Under the pieces are notes generated by a model, which had not been told where the DNA came from, made no database searches, and saw nothing but the letters and a program-made list of their open reading frames with translations. This document shows, piece by piece, positions 1 to 10,443 of a stretch of DNA of 64,000 bases (its first letter is position 1; each line of letters opens with the position of its first letter). Location: assembly GCA_963742735.1 (NCBI GenBank), contig CAVUMN010000003.1, positions 832,001 to 896,000 on the forward strand, given 5' to 3'. The DNA comes from an uncultured Actinomycetes bacterium. Its GTDB lineage: Bacteria; Actinomycetota; UBA4738; JBBDTT01. Both the position numbers and the translations under genes were made by a program.

Positions 1-254
1 TGATCTTCCCCGACGCCGACGTGAAGCTGTTCCTGCGGGCGCGGGAGGATGTGCGCGCGGCGCGACGGATGGCCGAGCGGGAGAGCGCCGAGCCCGAGCT
101 CGCCGAGTCCCTTCGCCGCCGCGACGAGCTGGACGCCCGCACCAACCCGCTCGAGCCGTCCGAGGACGCGGTGGTCCTGGACACCGAGGGCCGCGGGCCC
201 GAGGCCGTGCTGGCCCAGGCGCTGGCCGTCGTCAGCTCGCACGTGAACCCGTGA
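1..254 (+). CDS. cmk: Cytidylate kinase, C-terminal part (truncated by window edge)
   Basis: IFPDADVKLFL...RRDELD...PL....DAVVLDT matches the Cmk C-terminus; GTGA overlap with der. Confidence 0.9.
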   Translation, partial: IFPDADVKLFLRAREDVRAARRMAERESAEPELAESLRRRDELDARTNPLEPSEDAVVLDTEGRGPEAVLAQALAVVSSHVNP

Positions 255-1576
255 GCGCGCCCCCCACCGTCGCGGTGGTCGGCCGGGTCAACGTCGGCAA
301 GTCGACGCTGGTGAACCGACTGTTCGGCAGGCGGGCCGCGATCGCCCACGACCAGCCGGGCGTGACCCGCGACCGCGTCGAGGTCCCGGTGTCGTGGCGG
401 GGCCGCGACTTCATCGTGGTGGACACCGGCGGCTACATCCCGCACGGGGTGGGCATCGACGCGAGCGTGCGCGCCCAGGCCGAGATCGCCGCGGAGCGCG
501 CCGACGTGATCCTGCTCGTCGTCGACGCGGAGACCGGTATCCAGGAGGAGGACGCGCTGCTGGCCCGGCGGCTTCGCCGAGTGACGAGGCCGGTGGTGCT
601 GGTGGCGAACAAGCTCGACGCGCCGAAGCCGAACGCCGCCGACGTGGCGCCGTTGTTCGCGCTGGGTCTGGGGGAGCCGATGCCGATCTCCGCCGTCCAC
701 GGCTACGGCTCGGCCGAGCTCCTCGACCGGGTGCTGTCGCTGCTCCCGGAGCCCGTCGAGGAGGACGAGGGCGAGCCCTCAGACGAGGAGGCGGCCCCCG
801 CGGAGATGCGGTTCGCGATCGTCGGCCGGCCGAACGTCGGCAAGTCCTCGCTGTTCAACCGGCTGGTGGGGGAGGAGCGGGCCGTCGTGCACGACATCGC
901 CGGGACGACGCGCGACGCCGTGGACTCCGTGGTCGAGGTCGACGGCCGGCCGGTCCGGTTCGTCGACACCGCGGGCTTCCGCAAGCGGACGCGCCTGCAG
1001 GGCGTTGAGTACTACGGGATGGTCCGGTCACTCCAGGCCATCGACCGCAGCGACGTCGCGCTGCTGGTCGTCGACGCGTCGGACGGGGTGACCCAGGAGG
1101 ACAAGCGGATCCTGAACCGGACCGAGGAGGCGGGCCGGGGGATCGTCGCGGTCGCAAACAAGTGGGACCTGATCCCGAGCGGCGAGCGGGAGCCGATGCT
1201 GGCCGACATCCGGGAGGACCTCGCGGTGTTCCCGGGCGTGCCGGTGCTGCGAACCTCGGCCATGAACGGACAGGGCGTGCACAAGGTCCTGCCGGAGCTC
1301 ATGCGGATCCACGACGTGTGGTCCAAGCGCGTCTCGACCAGCCAGGTCAACGACGTCCTGCAGCGGGCGGCGGGGGAGCGGCCGCCGCCGCGGGCCAGCG
1401 GGCGGCCGCTGTACGGGACGCAGATCGCCTCCGGCCCGCCGAAATTCGTGATCTTCAACACGGGCGCGGTGACCCCCGGGTATCGCCGGTACCTGGAGAA
1501 CCGGATGCGCAAGGAGCTGAACTTCCCGGGGGTGCCGATCCGCATCCAGTTCCGGGAACGCCGCCGGCGGAAGTGA
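251..1576 (+). CDS. der: Ribosome biogenesis GTPase Der (EngA)
   Basis: Two tandem G domains (GRVNVGKS/DTGG/NKLD and GRPNVGKS/DTAG/NKWD); C-terminal YRRYLENRMR KH-like domain. Confidence 0.97.
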   Translation: MSAPPTVAVVGRVNVGKSTLVNRLFGRRAAIAHDQPGVTRDRVEVPVSWRGRDFIVVDTGGYIPHGVGIDASVRAQAEIAAERADVILLVVDAETGIQEEDALLARRLRRVTRPVVLVANKLDAPKPNAADVAPLFALGLGEPMPISAVHGYGSAELLDRVLSLLPEPVEEDEGEPSDEEAAPAEMRFAIVGRPNVGKSSLFNRLVGEERAVVHDIAGTTRDAVDSVVEVDGRPVRFVDTAGFRKRTRLQGVEYYGMVRSLQAIDRSDVALLVVDASDGVTQEDKRILNRTEEAGRGIVAVANKWDLIPSGEREPMLADIREDLAVFPGVPVLRTSAMNGQGVHKVLPELMRIHDVWSKRVSTSQVNDVLQRAAGERPPPRASGRPLYGTQIASGPPKFVIFNTGAVTPGYRRYLENRMRKELNFPGVPIRIQFRERRRRK

Positions 1577-1600
1577 TCAGCGCCTAGACTGGGCGAGTCA

Positions 1601-1674
1601 CGGGCCGTGGCGTAGCTTGGTAGCGCGCTTGACTGGGGGTCAAGAGGTCGCGGGTTCAAATCCCGCCGGCCCGA
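1601..1674 (+). tRNA. tRNA-Pro (GGG)
   Basis: Acceptor stem CGGGCCG/CGGCCCG, anticodon arm CTTGA-CTGGGGG-TCAAG, T-loop GGTTCAAATCC; CCA not encoded; TAGACT -10 at 1585-1590. Confidence 0.96.
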
Positions 1675-1816
1675 CAAGTAGGACTGCAGCTCAGATATTT
1701 TCGCCGGACGTCGGCGGGGATGACGGTGCAGGCGGATGCGACAAACTCGTTCCGAAGCGGCTCAGTCAAGATGTTCGATAGCTTTCCTAACCATCTGGGA
1801 AGGGGAAGAGGGGTAG

Positions 1817-2656
1817 TTGATGTCTCTTCCACCTCAGGAGGCAGTCCAAGTAGTAGCCCGTCTCCTGGAAATCCTGGAAAGCCTCGCGCGGAATGCACAA
1901 ACGGCCATGCCGGAGGTCAACGAGAACCTCACAGATGGTCGTCGGCTCGCCTTAGTCCTATTCAGCGGGACTCAAGACCTCTTCGACTCCATTCGGACGC
2001 TTCTCGCGGAAGGGTATGGAGAGCAAGCCAGCATTCTCCAAAGGACACTCTTCGAGGACGCAACGACCCTCCAGTACCTTGCAGAGAACTCTGATCGGCT
2101 TGAAGAGCTAGCCCTCAACTTCCTTTACACGTCCATGGGGCAAGAGCGCGGTCTCATCGAGGAGGGAATTAGCTACGGCATGACTGTCCTTGAGCAGAAG
2201 CGGCCCGAGATCGAAGCCCGAGCCGAACGGCTGCGCGGGAGGGCAAAAGAATTGGGGGTCAAGCTCAGGAAGTTCCCCAACTTCAAGGCGCGCCTCGAGG
2301 CATTGGGCCAACTCGAAACCGCTTTCGGCCATAGCCTAGCCAGCCATACGGTGCACACTTCGGCCCTCGTCTTCACTGATCGACTTGTTCAGTTGGAAGG
2401 TGGGGTGCTGGGACTTAGGGAGAAGTCGCCGCCGAGTCGTTTGTTCGAGGCGGGCTGGTATGGCGCCTTCATGTTCGCAGCCGCCCTGGCCTCGGCGGCC
2501 CGCCTTCTGGACTGGCCCACGCGAAAGGCGGTCGAGAGCTTCTACCCGTATGTCTACGGGCAACTGGAGGCACTCGCGGAGGACGCACGCCCAATTCTCG
2601 GCTTGATCGATGCGGCGGTCCCGCCCGGGGGCGGGTTCCCTGCAGATCGCATGTAG
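1817..2656 (+). CDS. Hypothetical helical protein, DUF5677-like
   Basis: A..L.RTLFE...L.YL and SLASHTVH segments resemble DUF5677 proteins; A/T-richer than flanking genes. Confidence 0.5.
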   Translation: MMSLPPQEAVQVVARLLEILESLARNAQTAMPEVNENLTDGRRLALVLFSGTQDLFDSIRTLLAEGYGEQASILQRTLFEDATTLQYLAENSDRLEELALNFLYTSMGQERGLIEEGISYGMTVLEQKRPEIEARAERLRGRAKELGVKLRKFPNFKARLEALGQLETAFGHSLASHTVHTSALVFTDRLVQLEGGVLGLREKSPPSRLFEAGWYGAFMFAAALASAARLLDWPTRKAVESFYPYVYGQLEALAEDARPILGLIDAAVPPGGGFPADRM

Positions 2657-2662
2657 GACCTC

Positions 2663-3190
2663 ATGGACCAACCGGAAGCTCAAACAGCTGGCCTTCGGTT
2701 CTCCCTGCAGGTTCGGCGCGACGCGAAGGGGCGCACCCGAATTGAGATAGGGGATACCAAGCTAAGGCGTGCAATCAGTTTGCCGGCGGCGCTGTTGAGG
2801 CACGTTCCCCTTCCGACATCCGTCAAATCAGCGGCGCAGCAACTTCAAGAGGGTTTCAGCATTGGGCGAAGGCACAGCTACGCGCACGTCCGCTTTGATG
2901 CTCCGGGCAGGCTGGGGAAATGGCTTGTCAATGGTGAAGCCACACTGAGAAAGGGCCTCGATCCGCATCCGCCGGACTGGTGGAGGATCTGGCAGGAAGA
3001 CGACCTGACCGAGTTCGATCTGGAGGACTACCTCGGCGGCGCGACGCTAAGCGAGCTTCAACCGTGTCTGTCCTGGGGACTCCACCACTTCGTCGAGCGT
3101 CCTCCGCAGAGCGCCTACTTTGATGCGCAGGCGATGCGACGCGAGTTCGCAGGCCCGCTTCCGAAGCTGCCAAAGCCATTCGAAACTTGA
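2663..3190 (+). CDS. Hypothetical protein (175 aa)
   Basis: ATG preceded by AGGA, 6 nt after the previous stop; no family recognised. Confidence 0.5.
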   Translation: MDQPEAQTAGLRFSLQVRRDAKGRTRIEIGDTKLRRAISLPAALLRHVPLPTSVKSAAQQLQEGFSIGRRHSYAHVRFDAPGRLGKWLVNGEATLRKGLDPHPPDWWRIWQEDDLTEFDLEDYLGGATLSELQPCLSWGLHHFVERPPQSAYFDAQAMRREFAGPLPKLPKPFET

Positions 3191-3244
3191 GTTCGGCCTG
3201 GCCCTGGAAAAGACGTCCACGCCTCAACAGATTCGCTTATACGA

Positions 3245-4604
3245 GTGATCCCACAGCCCCGCTGGACGTTTGCCTTGACACAACGTCTTTTTGTCGATCC
3301 CGACCCCGGAGCAGCCTCAGCGATCGAGTACCTACTGGAGCTCCCCGTCGACCAAGTGCGCCTCTTTCGCATGCCGACCCATGTTCCGCTTATTGGTTCG
3401 CTCCTGACCAGAGTCCCAGAGGCCGTGCTGAGTCAAGTGCCTCGATTTAATGAGGAGAATTGGATAAGTCTTGCAGTGCCGGTGTTTCCCGGGCTGGGCG
3501 GAGAGTTCCTGTCTCTTCGGAACGCGAATCCGCCGTATGCCTTCGGAAAGGACGCCCGCGGTCACGAACGGTGGCTTGTCGCGTGGGTGAGTACGGAGAT
3601 CGCCCACGCTGTCGCGACGCGCGATGAAGTGTTCCGACTTCGACTATGCCGTCGGATTCCCGACTCCCAGGTGTTTCGCCCCGAAGACGCCGCGCGACTA
3701 GCCGGCCTACTCGGGCGCTACCGCGACGACCTACATCTCCAGCGTCAGCGCACAGGGCATCTCCGACTCTCCGCTGAGGATTTTCGTGAGGGCGCCCTCT
3801 TCGCCAGCATCCCGGAGCTTTGGCTGGGGTTTGAATTGGTGGGTTCAGCCCCGACAGATCAGCAGCGAGGGGGGAGATTGCATGCTCTGATGTCTAGCGT
3901 CGTCTCTCGTCTGACTGGACTAGCAATGGGGGAGGACGAGATCGCCTTCCTCACATTCTTCCCGCATGACCCGCCCCGTGTTGATCTCGTTGCGTATCAC
4001 TTGGAACACGTCCTCCTGGTTGCGCAAGCCACACTCGAGGGCCTGAAGACCTTCGCAGCCGAGCTGGTTGGTCTTTCAACTCGACTTCCTTGGAAGCGCT
4101 TTCGGCGTCAGATTAGGGACCAAAACGCCGAGGCTGCGGATTTCTTGGGCTGTCCGTCAGCACTGGCATTGATGGACGTCTTGGGTGCACTCAGGCATCC
4201 CCTCGCTCACGATCAGCATTGGTGGGAGACAAGAGAACTACCCAGAAGTTGACCCTGCGTGGCATGTGCAGCGCGTCAGTGGCGAGTCGGCCATTGCCAT
4301 CGTCAATGCCTTGGCGCGGTTAGGTGAAGACCCATCGACGTGGGGCGTACACGAGGCGCAGCTCGAAGAGCAACCTGCCTCTTTGGCGCTCGAACTTGAA
4401 CCGTTTCCCTTCGCGGCCTCCCTACGTGTGAACGTCAATTGGTTCGTGTCGCGGTTCCTTGCGGCCCTCTGTTCGAAGCTAGTAAACCCTGCCACGGTCG
4501 AGGCGCGGCGAGCTCGTGAGGCACAGGTTTGGTCCAGATTGAATCCAGATCTGTCGGATCGGTACGAATTGTCGGGTTGGCCTCGGCTCCATCGCGTGCC
4601 GTAA
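3245..4604 (+). CDS. Hypothetical protein with putative HEPN (R-x4-H) motif, probably one gene frameshifted near 4230
   Basis: ORF 3245-4252 has a helical C-half with LRHPLAH; overlapping ORF 4185-4604 continues as plausible protein sequence. Confidence 0.45.
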
Positions 4605-4646
4605 GCGCCACCTTCGGGTCGCGGGTGGCGTGGTTCAATCGTCCGC

Positions 4647-7600
4647 GTGCGAGTGTGTCCGAACTGTGGTGAGGAGAACTCCGACCGCGCGCTGTTCTGC
4701 CAGCGCTGCGGGACCGCGCTCGGCGAGCGAGCCGAGCCCGCCCGCGAGAGCCGCAAGGTCGTCACCGTCGTGTTCGCGGACGTCACCGGGCTCGACCGCG
4801 CTCGGCGAGCGGCTCGACCCGGAGTCGCTCCGCAACGTCATGGGTCGGTACTTCGACGAGATGCGCGGCCGTGATCGAGCGCCACGGCGGCATGGTCGAG
4901 AAGTTCATCGGCGACGCCGTCATGGCCGTGTTCGGCATCCCGCGCCTGCACGAGGACGACGCGCTCCGCGCGGTGCGCGCCGCCGCGGGATGCAGCGCGC
5001 GCTCGTGCCGCTGAACGAGCGAGCTCGAGCGCGAGCACGGCGTGAGGCTCGCCATCCGCACCGGCATCAACACCGGCGAGGTCGTCGCCGGCGACCCCGC
5101 CGCCGGCCAGCGGCTGGTCACCGGCGACGCCGTCAACGTCGCGGCCCGCCTGGAGCAGGCGCGCCGAGCCCGGCGAGATCCTCCTCGGCGAGCCGACCTA
5201 CCGGCTGGTGCGCGACGCCGTCGACGGTCGAGCCCGTCGAGCCGCTCGAGCTGAAGGGCAAGGCCGAGCCCGTGCCGGCGTATCGCCTGCTCGGCCGTCC
5301 GCGCGGACGCCGCGGGGCACGCCCGCCGCCTGGACTCGCCGATGGTCGGCCGCGAGCGGAGCTGCAGCTCCTGGAGCGGGCCTTGCGAGCGCGCGTCGCG
5401 GAGCGGACCGCGCACCTGTTCACGCTGCTCGGGCCCGCCGGCGTCGGGAAGTCGCGCCTGGTCCTCGAGTTCCTGCGAGCGCGGCCGCCGCCGCGACGAT
5501 CCTGCGCGGCCGATGCCTGTCCTACGGCGAGGGCATCACGTTCTGCCCGCTGGCCGAGGTGGTGCACGAGGCGGCCGGATCGCCGATCGGACGACGATCC
5601 GCCGCGAGCGGCGCGCGACCAAGATCGACGGCCGTCCTCGACCGACGCGGGCGGGCGCGACGCCGCGGCTGCGCCGGCCTCATCGGCGTGGGTCGAGCCC
5701 GTCGCGCGCGAGGACGACGTCCTGGGCGGTCCGGAAGTTCCTCGAGCACCTGGCGCGCGAGCGCCGCTCGTGGTGGTGTTCGACGACATCCACTGGGCGG
5801 AGCCGGCGTTCCTCGACCTGATCGAGCACGTCGCCGACTGGACGCGCGACGCCCCGATCCTGCTGCTGTGCATGGCGCGGCCCGAGCTGCTCGAGCTGCG
5901 GCCCGGCTGGGGCGGCGGCAAGCTGAACGCGACGCACGGTGCTGCTCGAGCCGCTCGACCGGCGAGGCGAGCCATCGAGCTCGTCGACAACCTGCTCGGC
6001 GCGGACGACTGCCCGCCGACGCGCGCGCGACCGGATCCTGGAGGCGGCCGAGGGCAACCCGCTGTTCGTCGAGGAGATGCTCGCGATGCTGATCGACGAC
6101 GGCCTGCTCCGCCCGAGGACGGGCGCGTGGGGCGCCACCGAGGACCTCGCGCGACGTCACGGTGCCGCCGACGATCCAGCTGCTGCTCGCGGCCCGGCTG
6201 GACCGGCTGGACGCCGAGGAGCGCGCCGTGGTCGAGCGCGGCGCGGTGGAGGGCAAGGTGTTCCACCGCGGCGCGGTCATGAGGCTGGCGCCCCGACGGA
6301 GCCGCGGCGCAGGTCCCGACGCGCCTGCTCGCCCTGGCCCGCAAGGAGCTGATCCGGCCCGACCGGCCGGAGTTCGCCGGCGAGGACGCGTTCCGGTTCC
6401 GACACCTGCTCATCCGCGACGCCGCCTACCAGGCGATGCCGAAGGAGCCGCGGGCCGAGCTGCACGAGCGGTTCGCCGACTGGCTCGAGGAGCGGCGGGG
6501 GAACGCCTCGCGGAGTACGAGGAGATCCTCGGGCTACCACCTCGAGCAGGCGTACCGGTATCGGGAGGAGCTCGGGCCGGTGGACGACCGCGCGACGCGA
6601 GCTGGCCGCGCGGGCGTCGAGCGCCCTGGCCGGGTCCGCCCGCCGGGCCATGGACAAGCGCGACTTTCACGCCGGCGCTCGGCTCCTTCGACGAACGATC
6701 GACCTTCTGCCAAAGGACTCGCCGGAAGTCGTGAGCTGCGCTACGAGCTGACGGAGGCGCTCCGCGAGTCCGGCGAATATCGCGAGGCCATGGCGATCGG
6801 CGATGAGCTTCTCGGCGATAGCCCGGGAGGCCGGTGACCGCAGGATCGAGGCCCTTGCCTCGCTCCATCAGGCGTACTTCGGCACCACGGTCGACGTTTC
6901 CGTGACGATGGAGGAGCTCCTGGCACGGAGCCGGGAAGCGAGACGGACCCTCGAGGGGCTCGGCGACACGAACGGGGTCATGACGGCGCGCTGGTACGAG
7001 GAGGCGGTGCTGTTCGTGCTGGGCCGGCTGGACGATGCGGAGGCGAGCACCAGGGTCCGGCTCGAGCTCGCCCGTGAGGTCGGCGACCTCCGGGCGATGC
7101 GAGAGGCCGTCCTCGGGCTGGCCGGCAGCCTCTACTGGGGCTCGGGCACGGCGACCGAGATCCTGGCCGAGGCGGAGCGACTGGCGCCGCTGGTGGCCGA
7201 CAGTCCGACGGCGACGTCAAGGCTCATGCTTCGCCTCCCGTTCGCGTACGCGATGCTGGGCCGGTTCGACGAGGCGCGGGTCGCGGGAAAGCGCGCCCGG
7301 GACCTCATCGAACAGATCGGCAACCCGATGCACACGGGGACCAGTGCCATTTCACTACGTCGCGCATCGGTACCGGAAATCTCGAGGATGCGGACCGCGA
7401 GCACCGGGAGAGCGCCCGGCTCCTGGAGTCGATGGGGGACAAGGGGTACCTGTCATCGGTGCTGTCGACCTCGGCGAGGTCGCCATCGCGGACCGCTTCG
7501 AGGACGCCGAGCGGCTCGCCGGACGGAGCCGCGACCTGGCCGTCGAGGACGACAGCCTCGCCCAGATGGGGTGGCCAGCTCATGGCGGCCGTCCTGGCCG

Positions 7601-7839
7601 CCCGCGGGTCCATGGTGGATGCGGAACGGCTCGCCCGCGAGTCGGTGGAGATCGCCGAGCCCACCGGGTACGTCATCGACCGCGCGGATATGTGGGAGCG
7701 TCTGGGGGAGGTGCTCCGCGACGCCAGGAAGACCGACGAGGCGAGGGACGCGTTCGAGCATGCGCTCACCCTGCACGAACGCAAGGAGAACCTGGTCGCC
7801 TCGGAGCGCGTCCGGCAGGAGTTGGCGGCCCTCACCTAG
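4647..7839 (+). CDS. Zinc-ribbon + class III adenylate/guanylate cyclase + AAA (STAND) + TPR protein; multiple frameshifts
   Basis: CPNC..CQRC; RKVVTVVFAD; EKFIGDAVMAVFG; GINTGEV; GDAVNVAARLEQ; Walker A GPAGVGKS; FDDIHWA; GNPLF, spread over different frames. Confidence 0.88.
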
Positions 7840-7901
7840 GTCTTGTCTCCGCCGGTGGACCGGCGTAGCGTTTTGGCTCCTTCCTCATAGGAGGTGCCCG
7901 C

Positions 7902-8723
7902 ATGAACTACCGGCAGGCCGTCGCCAAGGGCCGCGCCCTTCTCAAGCGTTCCGAGACCGACCAGTGGGAGCTCGCCGAGCTGACGTACGACGTGACCACC
8001 GGCGAGGATCGCGTTACGCAGGTGACGTGGGCCGACGACATCGGCGTCACCGATACGCACGTGAGGAATCTGGCCAAGGCCTGGGAAAGGTTCGGCGGAC
8101 CGAATTCCACTTCGGATCGGTCAAATCTGACATTCAACGAGTGCTACCTGCTGGCGAGCATGTCGGAGGAGCGGGCCCACAAATTAGTTGCGAACGCAAA
8201 TAAACGGCGACGCAGCGTCACGACGATGCACCACGAGCGCCGCGTGCGCGATCCCTTCGAGGACGCCCGCGAGTACCTGGGGGACCGGCGCCGGGCCCGG
8301 AAGCTGTTGAAGGACCCGAAGGTCCGCGCCATCGTCGAGCGCGAGCTCGGTGAGACGCGCCACGAGCGGCCCCAGCGGGGGAGGCCCTCGGGCTCGCCCA
8401 TCGAGTCGGTGGGCGAGCTGAACGCGATCCGGGATCGGCTGAACGAGATGCTCGGCCAGATGCTCGACCGCCGGCTGCCGCAGACGGAGCGCCGGGGCGT
8501 GTCCGAGTCCATCGACGACGTCCGGGTCACGCTCGGCTGGATGGACGGCTACGTGACGACGGGGAACCGGTCGTTCCAGGACGCACTGGACGCCCTGCTC
8601 GCCGACCTGGCCGGTCCCACCCAGCCCGTGAGGCCGACGAAGCCAGCAACCCCGCGACGCCAGAGCCCGAAGCCCGCGCGCGAGGTCAAGGAACGGACCA
8701 GAAAGGGACGCCGCGCCTCGTAG
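7902..8723 (+). CDS. Hypothetical protein with HTH-like N-terminus and basic C-terminal tail
   Basis: Strong SD AGGAGG; WADDIGVTDTHVRNL is HTH-like; intact 273 aa ORF. Confidence 0.65.
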   Translation: MNYRQAVAKGRALLKRSETDQWELAELTYDVTTGEDRVTQVTWADDIGVTDTHVRNLAKAWERFGGPNSTSDRSNLTFNECYLLASMSEERAHKLVANANKRRRSVTTMHHERRVRDPFEDAREYLGDRRRARKLLKDPKVRAIVERELGETRHERPQRGRPSGSPIESVGELNAIRDRLNEMLGQMLDRRLPQTERRGVSESIDDVRVTLGWMDGYVTTGNRSFQDALDALLADLAGPTQPVRPTKPATPRRQSPKPAREVKERTRKGRRAS

Positions 8724-8741
8724 AGGTGCGTCGGTTGCGCC

Positions 8742-9320
8742 ATGATCGTGGGGATGAGACGAGCGATCCTCGCCTTGGTGGCCGCCGGAACCTTCGTCGT
8801 CCTTCAGGCGACCCCGTGCCTCGCGTGCTCGTGCAAGGAGGCCACGCCCGCCGAGATCTTCGAGCGGTCGGACGTGGTGTTCACAGGCACGGCGATCGAG
8901 GACACCCCGTTCGCCTTCTCGAGCGGCGAGGTCGAGACGCGGTTCACCGTCGAGGAGGTCCACAAGGGCGCGGTCGCCGGTCTCACGGTGTCTGTGTTCG
9001 CCGCGAACCAGACCCCGGCGTGCGGCGTCATCTTCCGAGGCGGCACTCGCTACACCGTGTACGCCGGCGACGACCCCGGCGGGCTCGAGACGAACTCGTG
9101 CTCGGGCACCCACGTGGGAACCTTCGAGCAGGCGAGCGACGTGCCGATGCATCCGTACGGCGCCCTTCCGGCGGGGTCGTCCGGGGGCGCCGACGATCTC
9201 GTGGTGTCGGGCGGTGAGGCGACGCCCTCGAACGACGCCGGCCTCGCGCTGGGCCTCGCGGGGCTCGGCCTCCTGGCGGTGGCGGCGACGGTCGTCGATC
9301 GCCGGCGCCGGCGAGCGTGA
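8742..9320 (+). CDS. Secreted/anchored TIMP/NTR-like (CSC motif) protein
   Basis: Signal peptide, ACSC, SDVVFTG, ACG..F..G.RY.VYA, TNSCSGT; C-terminal TM followed by RRRR. Confidence 0.7.
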   Translation: MIVGMRRAILALVAAGTFVVLQATPCLACSCKEATPAEIFERSDVVFTGTAIEDTPFAFSSGEVETRFTVEEVHKGAVAGLTVSVFAANQTPACGVIFRGGTRYTVYAGDDPGGLETNSCSGTHVGTFEQASDVPMHPYGALPAGSSGGADDLVVSGGEATPSNDAGLALGLAGLGLLAVAATVVDRRRRRA

Positions 9321-9324
9321 GCTG

Positions 9325-9453
9325 ATGGCCCTCGTCCTGTTGTTCCTCGCGCTGTTGCCCACCGCGGTCCTGGTGGTGGCCATGGTGATCCGGGCGTGGC
9401 AGCCGCGGTCCTCGTTCGACGCGCCCAGGGAGCGGCGGGGCCGGCGGGGGTAG
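9325..9453 (+). CDS. Small single-pass membrane protein (42 aa)
   Basis: ATG 4 nt after previous stop; hydrophobic helix followed by basic tail. Confidence 0.45.
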   Translation: MALVLLFLALLPTAVLVVAMVIRAWQPRSSFDAPRERRGRRG

Positions 9454-9495
9454 GCTTCGCGTGAGCGCGACCAACGAGCGGGAGAGGGTGGCGGC

Positions 9496-9764
9496 ATGGC
9501 GGAATCACAAGGGCAAGGGCCTGACGGATCGGGCGAGCGACCTGGTCGGCAAGGTCATGGAGGTCGCCGGGCCGGCGGCGTCCAAGGGCGCCGAGACCGC
9601 GAAGAAGGTGGCGAAGAAGGGCTTCGAGGTCGCGCAGTCCGCGGCCAAGGCCGCCGCGCCGATCGCCAAGTCGGCGGCCGAGCAGGCCGGCAAGGTCGCG
9701 TCGAAGGGATTTGACACCGGCGAAGAAGGCCGCCGACTCGGCCCGCAAGCGGCTCAACAAGTAA
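9496..9764 (+). CDS. Small Ala/Lys-rich amphipathic protein (frameshifted)
   Basis: SD GAGAGG before ATG; KGLTDRASDL...AKKAADSARKRLNK* across frames; TAGGCT -10 at 9451. Confidence 0.5.
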
Positions 9765-9766
9765 CG

Positions 9767-10443
9767 GTGCGCGGTCCCGGACTCCGCCCCCGACGTTCCC
9801 GAGGTCGTCGAGGCCGCCCGCGGCGGCGTGCACCCGCAGGATCGCGACGATCCCGAACCTGCTCTCGGCGATCCGCATCCTGCTGATCCCCGTCTTCGTC
9901 ATGCTGATCCTGGGCGAGGACTCCAAGCTCGAGGGCATGCTCCTGCTGGCGTTCGTCCAGTCCACGGACTGGGTCGACGGCTACATCGCCCGGCGCTACG
10001 GCCAGGTCAGCGAGCTCGGCAAGCTTCTCGACCCCCTCGCCGACCGCCTGGCCGTCGGCGCGGCCCTGATCACGTTCGTCGTCGTGGACGCCCTCCCGCT
10101 GTGGACGGCGCTCACCGTCCTGGTCCGCGACGGCCTGGTCCTGTTCGCGGCGATCTACCTGGTGCTCACGAAGGGCCCGCGCATCGACGTGCGCGGGATC
10201 GGCAAGATCGCCACGTTCACGCTCATGTGGGGACTGCCCCTGATCGCCTGGGGGAACCTCGGGCTGCCGCTGCCGCTCCTGGCCCGGACCTGCGGCTGGG
10301 CGTTCTTCGCGGTGGGCATCCTGGAGTACTGGATCGCCGCCGCCCTGTACGTGCAGGACCTTCGGGCGGCCTACGCGGCGCGCTCGTCCGAGCACGCGGC
10401 GGGAGTAGCTCCACCCGCCCGCGGATATCATCAGCCGGGATGA
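9767..10443 (+). CDS. pgsA: CDP-alcohol phosphatidyltransferase (PgsA-like); 5' end frameshifted
   Basis: [10 protein letters not shown] and D..DGYIARR......GKLLDPLAD signature. Confidence 0.9.

Noticed and set aside
4631-4640. attR copy of the tRNA-Pro 3' end (GGTTCAA)
   Set aside because: The match is only about 7 nt; not significant.
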